A DNA stretch of 64,000 nt from Deinococcus grandis. GTDB lineage: Bacteria > Deinococcota > Deinococci > Deinococcales > Deinococcaceae. The translations under genes were made by a program, and so were the position numbers. The notes below the pieces were generated by a model. That model was not told the DNA's origin and did no database searches. It worked only from the letters and a program-made list of their open reading frames with translations. The stretch covers positions 88,426 to 152,425 of the forward strand of contig NZ_BCMS01000002.1 in NCBI RefSeq assembly GCF_001485435.1, in the 5' to 3' direction. Each line of letters opens with the position of its first letter. Position 1 is the first letter of the stretch. Below, piece by piece: positions 36,528 to 46,129 of this stretch.

Positions 36528-38012
36528 GAGGCGGTGGACCGCGCGGCGGCGTTTGCTGTCGTACATGCGGGCGTCGGCCAGCTCCAGCAGTGCCGCGCGG
36601 TCGGCCTCGCTGCTGTGGGCGACGCCGACGCTCACGCCGACCAGCGGACTCAGCTGCCGGGTGGCCAGCACGGCGGCGTCCACGTATTCGAGCAGGTGAT
36701 CGTCGCTGAGCGGATCTGCGATCACGACGAACTCGTCCCCGCCATAGCGGTACGCGGCGCCGCTGCGGCCCAGTTCGGCGGCCAGCGCGGCCGCGAAGAT
36801 CCGCAGCAGCTTGTCGCCCTGCGCGTGACCCTGCGTGTCGTTCAGCTGTTTCAGGCCGTCCAGGTCCAGCAGGGCCAGCGTGAACGGCACCTCGGTCAGC
36901 GCGGCGTAGTCCTCGTCGAAGGCGCGGCGGTTCAAGATGCCGGTCAGGGCGTCACGGCGGGCCCAGGCGCGCGCCTGGTGGTGGTCTAGGGTCTGCTGCG
37001 CGGCGCGCCCCGCCGCCTCGAGCAGGCTGCGGTCGGCGGGCCGCCACTCGGGGACGGGGTGGTCGCGGCGGCGCGTGACGATCAGGTGCGTGACGCCCTG
37101 CGGGTCCTGCCCGGCGGGAATGACGGCCACCTGCGTGATGTCGCCGCTGACCGGCACGCCCTCCCGCGCGGCCAGCGCCGGAAGGTCATGGATGTAGAGC
37201 GGTGCGGGCGCGCGGTTGAGCCCCAGGGCGCTGATCGCGGCGGGCGCGCCGGGCGCGGCGGGCTGGTGCTGCGCGGGCAGGTCGGGGCGGACGTGGCTGA
37301 CCTGCACCTCCACGTCGTCGCCCTGCGTGCGGCAGATGCCCGCCTGATCGGCGTCCAGGGCGTCGCCGAGGAGTGCGGCGACGGCCAGCAGCGCGTCGCG
37401 GGGTTCGAGTTCCAGGTCCAGCAGCTGGTGCACGCCGCTGAGCGCCTGCGCCTGCTCGAGGCTGCGCTGCAGTTCGGCGCTGTGTTCCCGCTGGGCGTGC
37501 AAGGAGAGGCTCAGGCGCTGCTGGTACGCGCGCAGTTCCAGTTCGGTCACGACGATCGCCGCGAGGTCCTGCAGGGCCTGCAGGTCGTCGGCGCTGAGCG
37601 GGTGGGGCTGGTGGTCGCTGACGCACAGCGTGCCGATCCGCTGCCCGCTGGGCATGACCAGCGGCGCGCCGGCGTACATGTGGATGTGGGGGTCGCCGGT
37701 CACCATGGGGTTGCGGGCGAAGCGCGGGTCGGCGGGTGCGTTCTCGATGACGGTGGGGTGGTCGTGCAGGATCGTCCAGGCGCAGAAGGAGTCCTGCCGA
37801 TGCACGGCGCCGTCGACCAGGCCGACGCTGGCCTTGCTCCACTGGCGGGTCTGGTCGACGAAGTTGATGGTCGCGACCGGGGTGCGCAGCAGGTGCGCGG
37901 CGAGCCGCACGATCCGGTCGAACTGCGCCTCGCGGGGCGTGTCGAGGATGCCGTAGTACGAGAGCGCCATCAGGCGCTGGGCCTCGTCGGGTGGGAGTGG
38001 TGCACCGCTCAT
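36525..38012 (-). CDS. GAF-domain diguanylate cyclase (GAF + GGDEF)
   Basis: RYGGDEF is the A-site, and the I-site-like RxxD lies upstream. The GAF region is ...FCAWTILHDHPTVIENAPADPRF. The probable ATG at 38012 is Met23 of the ORF; the Arg-rich N-terminal 22 aa are doubtful. Confidence 0.8.
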   Translation of the reverse strand: MSGAPLPPDEAQRLMALSYYGILDTPREAQFDRIVRLAAHLLRTPVATINFVDQTRQWSKASVGLVDGAVHRQDSFCAWTILHDHPTVIENAPADPRFARNPMVTGDPHIHMYAGAPLVMPSGQRIGTLCVSDHQPHPLSADDLQALQDLAAIVVTELELRAYQQRLSLSLHAQREHSAELQRSLEQAQALSGVHQLLDLELEPRDALLAVAALLGDALDADQAGICRTQGDDVEVQVSHVRPDLPAQHQPAAPGAPAAISALGLNRAPAPLYIHDLPALAAREGVPVSGDITQVAVIPAGQDPQGVTHLIVTRRRDHPVPEWRPADRSLLEAAGRAAQQTLDHHQARAWARRDALTGILNRRAFDEDYAALTEVPFTLALLDLDGLKQLNDTQGHAQGDKLLRIFAAALAAELGRSGAAYRYGGDEFVVIADPLSDDHLLEYVDAAVLATRQLSPLVGVSVGVAHSSEADRAALLELADARMYDSKRRRAVHRL

Positions 38013-38071
38013 GCCGTCCCACTCTATGCGCTGCGCGCGGCGGATGCCACGGCGCCCGCCGTCACGTCCGG

Positions 38072-38106
38072 TTGACATGCTGTCACGTGAGCTTTACGCT
38101 CGGGGC
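38072..38106 (+). promoter_or_regulatory. Leaderless-type promoter TTGACA-17-TACGCT-6-ATG of the XRE/PBP regulator gene
   Basis: Spacing counted directly: TTGACA at 38072-38077, TACGCT at 38095-38100, ATG at 38107. Confidence 0.45.
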
Positions 38107-39216
38107 ATGAGCGACGCAGCGCACGGCCCGGGAATCGGCCCCCCGCGCAGCGGGGTCGCGGTGCGCTGCGCCGTGCGGGAGCGGCGCGAGGCGGCAGGCC
38201 TGAGCGTCTCGGCGCTCGCGGCGCAGGTGGGCCTCTCGCGGCAGGCGCTCAGCCGCGTCGAGTCGGGCGCGGCCGTGCCGGGCACGCGGCAGGCGCTGCT
38301 GCTGGCGCGCGCGCTGCGCTGCCGGGTGGAGGACCTGTTCAGTCTGGGCGCGGCGCACGTGCCGGCGCGCGTGCCGCCCGGCACCCCGTCCGGCACGCGG
38401 GTGCGGCTGGCCGACGTGGACGGCGCGTGGCAGGCGCTGCCGCTGTCGGGCGAGGCCGGGCTGCGCCTGACAGCGGACGGTGTGCTGCTGGCGTCCGGCG
38501 CGGTGGAGGTCCCGGGATCCCTGGACGACGCGCGGCGCACGGCGCTCGTGGCGGGCTGCGATCCGGCGCTGGGTCTGCTGTGCACGGCGCTGGGTGCGGA
38601 GGCCCGCGCGGCGTGGGTGCCGCGCGCCAGCCTGGACGCCGTGCAGGCCGCCGCCCGTGGCGAGGTGCACGCGGCGGGCCTGCACCTGGGCAGCCTGGCG
38701 CGGCACCGCGAGGTCGTGGCGCGTGACCTGCCGGGCGCGCGGCTGCTGCGGCTGTGGCACGCCGAGCAGGGACTGATCGTCGCGGCGGGCAATCCGCTGG
38801 GGGTGCGCGGCCCGGCGGACCTCAGGCGCGCGCGGCTGGTGACCCGCCCGGCGGGCGCGGGAGGCCGGGCGCTGCTGGACGGCTGGCTGCGCGAGGCCGG
38901 TCTGGACACGGCGGCGCGTGAGGCGCGGCACGCCCAGTCACGCCTGGCCGCCTCACCGCTGGAGGCGGCGGCGGCTGTGGCGCGCGGCGAGGCGGACGTC
39001 GCGCCCGGGCCGCGCTCCGCGGCGGGCGCGCACGGCCTGTCGTTCATTCCGCTGGTCGTGGAGGCCTTCGATCTGGCCATTCCTGAGCGGCACCTCGCGC
39101 ATCCGGGCGTGCAGGTGCTGATCGCCGCGGCGGGCAGCGCGGCGTTCCAGGCAGACCTGCGCAGCCTGGGCGGGTACGACCCGGCCGATCCCACCCACCC
39201 CCTGGAGACCCCATGA
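38107..39216 (+). CDS. XRE-family HTH regulator fused to a periplasmic-binding-protein-like (ModA-type) ligand domain; candidate molybdate/tungstate-responsive regulator
   Basis: HTH is LSVSALAAQVGLSRQALSRVESG. The C-terminal ~250 aa is PBP-like. The stop overlaps the modA start (ATGA). Confidence 0.6.
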   Translation: MSDAAHGPGIGPPRSGVAVRCAVRERREAAGLSVSALAAQVGLSRQALSRVESGAAVPGTRQALLLARALRCRVEDLFSLGAAHVPARVPPGTPSGTRVRLADVDGAWQALPLSGEAGLRLTADGVLLASGAVEVPGSLDDARRTALVAGCDPALGLLCTALGAEARAAWVPRASLDAVQAAARGEVHAAGLHLGSLARHREVVARDLPGARLLRLWHAEQGLIVAAGNPLGVRGPADLRRARLVTRPAGAGGRALLDGWLREAGLDTAAREARHAQSRLAASPLEAAAAVARGEADVAPGPRSAAGAHGLSFIPLVVEAFDLAIPERHLAHPGVQVLIAAAGSAAFQADLRSLGGYDPADPTHPLETP

Positions 39217-40013
39217 ACGTCACCCCGACCCGACCCGCATCCCGTCCTCGTTCCCGGAGTCATACCCGGCTGGCACTGCTGGCCGCGCTGCTGCTCGCGC
39301 CACCGGCGGGCGCGGCGTCCCTGACGGTGTTCGCCGCGTCGTCCCTGACCGACGCCTTCACCGAGATCGGCCGGGCCTTCGACGCGCGGACCGGGCACCG
39401 CACGACCTTCCAGTTCGCGGGGTCGCAGGTGCTGCGCGCGCAGCTGGAGGGCGGCGCCCGGGCGGACGTGTTCGCCAGCGCGAACGACGCGCAGTTCACG
39501 CCGCTGCTGGGGTCGGTGGTCGCGGCGCGTGAGGTGTTCGCCCGCAACCGCCTGACCGTGATCGCCCCGGCGGGCAGCGCCCGGGTGCGGTCCCTGCGTG
39601 ACCTGACGGGCCCGGGGGTGCGACTGGTGCTGGCCGCGCCGAACGTCCCGGTCGGGGACTACACCCGGCGGATGCTCGCGGCGGTGGACCGCTCGGGCAC
39701 GTACGGGAAGGACTTCGCGGCGCGCGCCCTGCGGAACGTCGTCAGCGAGGAGGGGAACGTGCGGCAGGTGGCGCTGAAGGTCAGTCTGGGCGAGGCGGAC
39801 GCGGCGGTCGTGTATGCCAGCGACGTGACCCCCGCCCTGAAGAAGACCGTGCGGGTGGTGCCGCTGCCCACCCGCTTCAACCAGACGGCGGCGTACCCGC
39901 TGGGCGTGGTGCGGGGCAGCGCGAATGCCGACGCGGCGCGGTCCTTCGCGGCCTTCGTACAGGGGAAGGAGGGACAGGCGATCCTGCGCCGCTGGGGGTT
40001 CCTGAGTCCGTGA
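39213..40013 (+). CDS. modA: Molybdate ABC transporter substrate-binding protein
   Basis: Signal peptide, SLTVFAASSLTDAF, and the ModA-type fold motifs (VFASAN, ADAAVVYASDV). Confidence 0.8.
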   Translation: MNVTPTRPASRPRSRSHTRLALLAALLLAPPAGAASLTVFAASSLTDAFTEIGRAFDARTGHRTTFQFAGSQVLRAQLEGGARADVFASANDAQFTPLLGSVVAAREVFARNRLTVIAPAGSARVRSLRDLTGPGVRLVLAAPNVPVGDYTRRMLAAVDRSGTYGKDFAARALRNVVSEEGNVRQVALKVSLGEADAAVVYASDVTPALKKTVRVVPLPTRFNQTAAYPLGVVRGSANADAARSFAAFVQGKEGQAILRRWGFLSP

Positions 40014-40096
40014 TGAGCCCGTCGTCCGTGTCCCCCGCCGCCGTGTCCACTGCCGCCCAGCTGAACCGGCGGCCCGTCCTTCGCCGGGACGTCAGG

Positions 40097-40236
40097 TGAG
40101 ACGGATTCCGTTTGTTTCGCCAACAATCCGGAACTTCACCGGATTGCCGGCTCCACGTCCGGAACCCGTTTCTCTCTTACTCGCCTCCGCTCGGACCCAG
40201 CGGGCTTTGCAGCCCATTCAACCGGAGTCCGTATGA
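40097..40236. mobile_element. MITE-like repeat, copy D (subfamily 1), between modA and modB, flanked by TGA/TGA
   Basis: Core 40100-40233. The first base is G instead of T. The right junction TA+TGA provides the ATG of modB at 40233. Confidence 0.75.
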
Positions 40237-41039
40237 GACGCGCGGGGCTGCCGTGGCCGGGCGTGCTGCTGGGGGCGCTGTTCGCGGCGTTCCTGCTGCT
40301 GCCCACGCTGGTGCTGCTCTCGCGCGGGCTGGGCGCGGATTTCTGGGTGACGCTGCGCAGCCCGGCGGTGCTGGACGCGCTGCGGGTGAGCCTGTGGACG
40401 ACCGGGGTGACGCTGCTCGTCACGGTGGTGACGGGCACGCCCCTGGCGTTCCTGCTGGCCCGGCGGGAGTTTCCCGGGCGGGCGCTGCTGGACGCGCTGC
40501 TGGACCTGCCGGTGGTGCTGCCGCCCGTCGTGGCGGGCCTGGGGCTGCTGCTGACCTTCGGGCGGGGCGGGCTGCTGGGCCCGGGGCTGGAACTGGCGGG
40601 CGTCAGTCTGGCGTTCTCCCCGGCGGCGGTGGTGCTCGCGCAGCTGTTCACGGCGGCGCCGTTCTACCTGCGCGCGGCGAAGGCGGGATTCGCGGCCGTA
40701 GACCGGGACGCCGAGGCGGCGGCCCTGACGGACGGCGCGGGCCGCTGGGCGGCGTTCCGGTTCATCACGTGGCCGCTGGCGTTCCCGTTCCTGCTGGAGG
40801 GGCTGGTCCTGACCTGGGCGCGGGCGCTGGGGGAGTTCGGCGCGACGATCCTGTTCGCCGGGTCGCTGCAGGGCCGCACGCGGACGGTGACGCTGGCGAT
40901 CTACGGGGCGCTGGACAGCGACCTGGGGCCCGCGCTGGTGCTGTCGGCGGTGATGGTGGTGGTGGCGTTCTCGGTGCTGCTCGCCGTGCGGGTGCTGGCG
41001 GCGCGGCGCGACCGGCTGGACACCAGCAGCCCAGGATGA
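40233..41039 (+). CDS. modB: Molybdate ABC transporter permease
   Basis: ModB/CysT-type permease with the EAA-like loop (ALGEFGATILFAGSLQGRTRTV) and five to six TM segments. Confidence 0.8.
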   Translation: MRRAGLPWPGVLLGALFAAFLLLPTLVLLSRGLGADFWVTLRSPAVLDALRVSLWTTGVTLLVTVVTGTPLAFLLARREFPGRALLDALLDLPVVLPPVVAGLGLLLTFGRGGLLGPGLELAGVSLAFSPAAVVLAQLFTAAPFYLRAAKAGFAAVDRDAEAAALTDGAGRWAAFRFITWPLAFPFLLEGLVLTWARALGEFGATILFAGSLQGRTRTVTLAIYGALDSDLGPALVLSAVMVVVAFSVLLAVRVLAARRDRLDTSSPG

Positions 41040-41134
41040 CCCACCCCCACGGCGGCGTGAAGGTGCTCCGGCCGCCACAGTCACCGCGGTTCTCCGGTGT
41101 GTCGAGGGGCTCCCTCGGGCCACCTGAAACGAGC

Positions 41135-41272
41135 TGATACGGATTCCGTTTGTTTCGTTGACAGATCGGAACACCACCGATCTGCCAACTCCACGTCCGG
41201 AACCCGTTTCTCTCCTGCTCGCTCCGCTCGGGTTGAAAGATTTTGCAAACCTTTCAACCGGAGTCCGTATGA
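41135..41272. mobile_element. MITE-like repeat, copy E (subfamily 2), downstream of modB, flanked by TGA/TGA
   Basis: Core 41138-41269. It occupies the position where modC would be expected. Confidence 0.8.
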
Positions 41273-41419
41273 GTCGCGGAGCTGCGGAGCAACGCGAGCA
41301 GCAGCGAACCGGGTCGCGGGTTCTGAACGGTGCCAGTGGAATCCGTATGCTCCCCCCCGACGCCCGGGGCGGAGTTTGCGCATGGCGTGGCCCGCGCGAG
41401 GGGCTACGATGTGGGCGGC

Positions 41420-43384
41420 ATGACCGACTCCTTCGCGCATGACCTCCTGCTGAGCACCACGCGGTTCCTGCTGGCCCGGTCGGACCCGGACAGCCTGTGC
41501 CGCGACGGCCTGAGCTTCCTGGCGGGACAGCTGGGCGCGGCGCTGGGCATGCTGTACCTGCGCGAGACGGACGTCACGTACCGCCTGCACAGCCGAGTCG
41601 GCACGCACCCGCTGCTGCACGTCCACGAGTTGCAGATCATGGAACCCGGCTGGGAGGACCTGTTGCAGGCTGGCACGTGGATCAGCACGCCGGTGCCCGC
41701 CCCGGACTGGACCGGGCCGGAGGACCGCAACTACGCGCGGCTGGGCGCGCGGCACCTCGTGAATTTCGGCCTGTACAGCGGGCCGCGCCTGATCGGTACC
41801 GTGAACCTGCTGTTCGGCGAGCCGCGCCCGGACCTGGCGGACCTGGAGGTGCTGGGCACGGTGGGGGCGCTGTGGGGAACGCTGCTGGCGCGGCTGCAGG
41901 CGCAGCGGGAACTCGCGGGCCGCGAGGCGATGCTGCGCATGATCACCGACCAGGGCAGCGACCTGCTGAGCGTCGTGGACGAGCAGGGGGTCATCACGTA
42001 CCAGGGGGCCGCCTCGGAGGCGCTGATCGGGTACCCGGCGGACTTCCTGATCGGCAGGCCCTATGACGGCGCGATCCACCGAGCGGACCTGCCGGGTGTC
42101 ACGGCGGCGCTGGAGAACCTGCGGCGCGTGCCGGGCAGTTCCGTGAGCCTCTCGTTCCGGATCCGGCACGCGCAGGGCAAGCTGGTGTGGCTGGAAGCGA
42201 ACGCCCGCAACCTCCTGCACGAACCGGCCGTGCGCGGCGTCGTGATCCACATGCGGGACGTGACGGCCGCGCAGGCCACGCAGCGGTACCTGGAGCGGCG
42301 CGTGCAGGACCTGACACTGATGCACGACACGGGGAGGCTGCTGCACCTGAGTCGCACGGTGCCCGAGGTGGCCGAGGGCCTGGTGGACCTGATCCAGGGG
42401 CGGCTGGGGTACCCGCACGTGCAGGTGGGCCGCGTGCTGGAGGACGGCAGTGTCGAGGCGGTCGCGCGGGAGCCCGGGGTGCGCGCCGCGCCGATCACCC
42501 GCCTCGGGCCCGGCGAGGGCCTGATCGGCGCGGCGGTGCAGGCCGGGCAGACGCTGTATGTCGCGGACGTGCGTCAGGACGCCCGCTACGCCGAACGGCA
42601 CGCGGGCATGCGCAGCGAGGTGATCGTGCCCATCCACGTCGGCGGGCAGCTGTGGGGCGTACTGAACGTCGAGGCGCCGCAGGTCAACGCCTTTGACCAC
42701 CGGGACATCCAGACGCTGGAGACGGTGGCCGGGCAGGCCGGCGCGGTCCTGGCGAACGTGTCTCTGCTGGACGACCTGCGCCGCAGCCGGGACGAACTGC
42801 GCGCCGCGTACGACGAGACGCTGGCCGGCTGGGCGCGCGCGCTGGACCTGCGTGACCGCGAGACCGAGGGCCACAGCCAGCGCGTGACGGACCTGACGCT
42901 GGCCCTGGCGCGGCGCCTGGGCGTCCCGCAGGAGGACCTGATCCACCTGTGGCGCGGCGCGCTGCTGCACGACATCGGCAAGGTCGGCATTCCCGACGCG
43001 ATCCTGCACAAGCCCGGCCCGCTGACCGACGAGGAGTGGCAGGTCATGCGTCAGCACCCGCAGATGGCCTTCGACGTGCTGCGGCCCATCCGGTTCCTGC
43101 ACCCGGCGCTGGACGTCCCGCTGGCGCACCACGAGCACTGGGACGGCGGCGGGTACCCGCACAGCCTGCGTGGCGAGCAGATCCCGCTGGCCGCGCGGAT
43201 CTTCTCGATCGTGGACGTCTGGGACGCGCTGCGCAGCGACCGGCCCTACCGCCGGGCCTGGACGGCCGAGCGGGCGCTCGCGCACCTGGAGGCGCAGTCC
43301 GGGCGGCAGTTCGACCCGCAGGTCGTGCGGGCCTTCATGGCGCTGCTGGCCGATCAGCAGCCCGTGGACGGGGAGAGCGCGTGA
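41420..43384 (+). CDS. GAF-domain HD-GYP-type c-di-GMP phosphodiesterase
   Basis: HD-GYP domain: GALLHDIGKVGIPDAIL, HHEHWDGGGYP. At least two GAF domains upstream. ATG at 41420 (Met31 of the ORF). Confidence 0.8.
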   Translation: MTDSFAHDLLLSTTRFLLARSDPDSLCRDGLSFLAGQLGAALGMLYLRETDVTYRLHSRVGTHPLLHVHELQIMEPGWEDLLQAGTWISTPVPAPDWTGPEDRNYARLGARHLVNFGLYSGPRLIGTVNLLFGEPRPDLADLEVLGTVGALWGTLLARLQAQRELAGREAMLRMITDQGSDLLSVVDEQGVITYQGAASEALIGYPADFLIGRPYDGAIHRADLPGVTAALENLRRVPGSSVSLSFRIRHAQGKLVWLEANARNLLHEPAVRGVVIHMRDVTAAQATQRYLERRVQDLTLMHDTGRLLHLSRTVPEVAEGLVDLIQGRLGYPHVQVGRVLEDGSVEAVAREPGVRAAPITRLGPGEGLIGAAVQAGQTLYVADVRQDARYAERHAGMRSEVIVPIHVGGQLWGVLNVEAPQVNAFDHRDIQTLETVAGQAGAVLANVSLLDDLRRSRDELRAAYDETLAGWARALDLRDRETEGHSQRVTDLTLALARRLGVPQEDLIHLWRGALLHDIGKVGIPDAILHKPGPLTDEEWQVMRQHPQMAFDVLRPIRFLHPALDVPLAHHEHWDGGGYPHSLRGEQIPLAARIFSIVDVWDALRSDRPYRRAWTAERALAHLEAQSGRQFDPQVVRAFMALLADQQPVDGESA

Positions 43385-44958
43385 GTGCCGTCACCGCCCA
43401 GGCCCTGCGGGAGGAACTCGAGGCGCTCGCGCGGGCCGCGCTGGACACCGACGACCTGGCCGAGCGGACCACGTACCTGCGGGACGCGGCGTACCTCGCG
43501 CTGGACCTGGGGGACGCGCCCCAGGCGATGACGCACGCCCTGGCGTGCCTGGACGCCGCGCGGCGCACGGCGGACCTGGCCCTTCAGGCGCGCGCGCACA
43601 TGACGATCGCCCTGGTGATGGGCGACGTGCACGACGACGTGGGCGCCGCCACGCACTTCCGCGAGGCGGAGGGCCTGGCGCGCAGCGCCCGCGACGCGCG
43701 GGGCGTGGCCGCCACGAACGTGAACGCCGCTCACTACGATCAGGAACGCGGGCATTTCGCGTCCAGCGTGCTGCGCCTGCTGACGCTGCGGCGCTCGCCG
43801 TACGCGGCGGCACTGGAACACGACGAGCAGGGCAAGGGGCTCGATCAGGTGTTCCACGTGAATTTCGTGCGGGGCGCGGCGAGCGCGCTGCTGGGCCTCG
43901 GCGTGGACGCCGAACTGCGCGCCTCGCTGGAGGCCCGCCGGGACGAGATGAACGCGCAACTGCAGGAATCGGCCGCGGCGCTGCGGCGCCTGCACCGCCG
44001 CGAGGTGCCGCTCACGAATTCCCGTTGGCTGACCGACGTGCTCGAGTCGCTGCTCATCCACGCCCGCCTGACGGGGGACCCGCCACTGGCGCGGCAGCTG
44101 GCCGACGAGTGGGTGCAGCTCGCCGGGGACTGGAACGTGACGGCGCAGCTGGGGCGGGCGCTATTGGGCCGCGCGGAACTGCGCGCGCAACTGGGCGAGT
44201 GGCCCGAGGTCCGCGTGGACGCGGCGCGCGCTGCCGAGCTGTTCGGGGATGACCATCCCAGCCGGGCGCTGTCGGCGCGGCAGCTGCTGGCGCGGGCGTT
44301 CGCGGCGCAGGGCGAGTGGCGTGCGGCGTTCGAGGTGCAGCAGGCCCTCTCGGCGCAGGCCGAGCGGATCTACCGGGCGTTCATGCAGCAGAGTGCGCGG
44401 CTGCGCATCATCGAGCGGCAGGCGATCGAGGCGGAGGTCCGCGCGGCGGCGTTCGCGGAGGCGGCGCTGCGCGACCCGCTGACCGGCATTCCCAACCGGG
44501 CGGGGGCGCTGCGGCGACTGGATCAGCTGGTCCGCGCGGCGCGGCGCGGCCGGCCGTGCGCGGTGGCGCTGCTGGACATCGATCATTTCAAGTCGGTGAA
44601 CGACCGGTTCGGTCACGCGGCGGGGGACGAGGCGCTGCGGCGCGTAGCGGCCACCGTGACCCGCTCGATCCGTGAGGTGGATCAGCTGGCCCGCTACGGC
44701 GGTGAGGAGTTCCTGCTGCTTCTGGACGGCCTGACCCTGCCGGAGGCGCGCCGCGCGTGCCGCCGCGTGGGGCAGCTGATCACCGAGATCGACTGGGAGG
44801 ACGTCGCGCCGGGCCTGCGCGTGACGGCCAGTATCGGCCTGGCGGCCCTCCGCCCGGGCCTGGACCGCGAGGTGATCCTGCGCGAGGCGGACGCCGCCAT
44901 GTACGCCGCGAAGGCCGCCGGGCGCAACACCGTGCGCCTCTCGGTCACGTCCGGCTGA
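43381..44958 (+). CDS. Diguanylate cyclase (GGDEF) with an N-terminal TPR-like helical sensor domain
   Basis: RYGGEEF; DPLTGIPNRAG. The GTG start overlaps the stop of the HD-GYP gene (GTGA). Confidence 0.8.
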   Translation: MSAVTAQALREELEALARAALDTDDLAERTTYLRDAAYLALDLGDAPQAMTHALACLDAARRTADLALQARAHMTIALVMGDVHDDVGAATHFREAEGLARSARDARGVAATNVNAAHYDQERGHFASSVLRLLTLRRSPYAAALEHDEQGKGLDQVFHVNFVRGAASALLGLGVDAELRASLEARRDEMNAQLQESAAALRRLHRREVPLTNSRWLTDVLESLLIHARLTGDPPLARQLADEWVQLAGDWNVTAQLGRALLGRAELRAQLGEWPEVRVDAARAAELFGDDHPSRALSARQLLARAFAAQGEWRAAFEVQQALSAQAERIYRAFMQQSARLRIIERQAIEAEVRAAAFAEAALRDPLTGIPNRAGALRRLDQLVRAARRGRPCAVALLDIDHFKSVNDRFGHAAGDEALRRVAATVTRSIREVDQLARYGGEEFLLLLDGLTLPEARRACRRVGQLITEIDWEDVAPGLRVTASIGLAALRPGLDREVILREADAAMYAAKAAGRNTVRLSVTSG

Positions 44959-44986
44959 GCCTCAGGCCGCGCGGGGGACCTGAACC

Positions 44987-45002
44987 GGGCCGCACGCCCG
45001 CG
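44987..45002. terminator. 16-bp perfect palindrome CACGCCCGCGGGCGTG between convergent genes (bidirectional terminator candidate)
   Basis: Lies in the 52-bp gap between the GGDEF gene (plus strand) and the ABC permease gene (minus strand). Confidence 0.4.
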
Positions 45003-45010
45003 GGCGTGGC

Positions 45011-46129
45011 TCAGCGGCTCTGGGTGTCGGCGGCGTCGCGCAGGGCGTCCCCGACGAAGTTGAAGGCCAGGACGCTGATCACGATCAGCACGCCGGGCAG
45101 CAGCAGCCAGGGGTGCTGGCTGAGCGTCTCGAAGTTCTGCGCGTCTTTCAGCAGCAGGCCCCAGCTCGTCATGGGTTCCTTGATGCCCAGGCCCAGGAAG
45201 CTCAGGGCGCTCTCGCCCAGGATGTAGCCGGGCAGGGCGAGGGTGGCGGTGACGATCAGGAAGGAGCTGAGGTTGGGCATGATGTGCCGCAGGATCACGC
45301 GCAGGTCCGGCGCGCCGATGGCCCGGGCGGCCTGCACGTAGTCCAGGCCGCGCGCGCCCATGACCTGACCGCGCACCACGCGCGCCAGTCCGGCCCAGCC
45401 GATCAGGGCGAGCACCGCCACGATGCCCAGGTACACCCAGGTACTGGGCCACCTGGCGGGAATGATGGTGCTCAGGGCGAGCAGGATGGGCAGGCGCGGG
45501 AACGACAGCAGCACCTCCACCAGCCGCTGGATGAGGTTGTCCACCCAGCCGCCGAAGTACCCGCTGACGCCGCCCAGCACGATCCCGATGGTGAAGCTGA
45601 TCAGGATGCCGATCAGTCCGACCGTGAGGCTCACCTGCGAGCCGACCAGCATGCGCGAGAGCAGGTCGCGGCCGAACTTGTCGGTGCCCAGCGGGAAGTA
45701 GTACCCGTCCCGCACGCCGAACAGGTGCCACTGGCTCCTGAAGACGCCCAGCAGCGAGTGGCGGCTCTCGGCCGGATCGTCGCCCCGCACGAGGAACAGG
45801 ATGGGAATGGGCCGGGTGCGGTCCTCACTGAACGTGCTGGCGAAGGTCACGGGGTCGCGGGTTTTCCTGAATCCGTACACGAAGGGCCGCGTGAGCTGGC
45901 CGTCGTGCACGACGTGCACCGCCTGGGGCCGCTGGTAGGGGTACTCCTCGTGCTGGGCGGTGATGGAGTACGGCGCCAGGAAGCCGGAGAGCAGGGCCAT
46001 CAGGTACAGCGCGGCGAGCACCCAGGCGCTGAGCACGCCAGCGCGGGAGCGGCGGAAGCGGCGCAGGGCCAGCTGGGCGGGCGTGAGGCGGGCGGGCGCG
46101 CGGGTCGGTGCGGCGGGCAGGGCAGTCAT
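45011..46129 (-). CDS. ABC transporter permease, DppC/OppC-type
   Basis: Binding-protein-dependent transport signature (SALSFLGLGIKEPMTSWG). The ATG at 46129 overlaps the upstream permease stop (ATGA). The longer 505-aa ORF is rejected. Confidence 0.8.
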   Translation of the reverse strand: MTALPAAPTRAPARLTPAQLALRRFRRSRAGVLSAWVLAALYLMALLSGFLAPYSITAQHEEYPYQRPQAVHVVHDGQLTRPFVYGFRKTRDPVTFASTFSEDRTRPIPILFLVRGDDPAESRHSLLGVFRSQWHLFGVRDGYYFPLGTDKFGRDLLSRMLVGSQVSLTVGLIGILISFTIGIVLGGVSGYFGGWVDNLIQRLVEVLLSFPRLPILLALSTIIPARWPSTWVYLGIVAVLALIGWAGLARVVRGQVMGARGLDYVQAARAIGAPDLRVILRHIMPNLSSFLIVTATLALPGYILGESALSFLGLGIKEPMTSWGLLLKDAQNFETLSQHPWLLLPGVLIVISVLAFNFVGDALRDAADTQSR

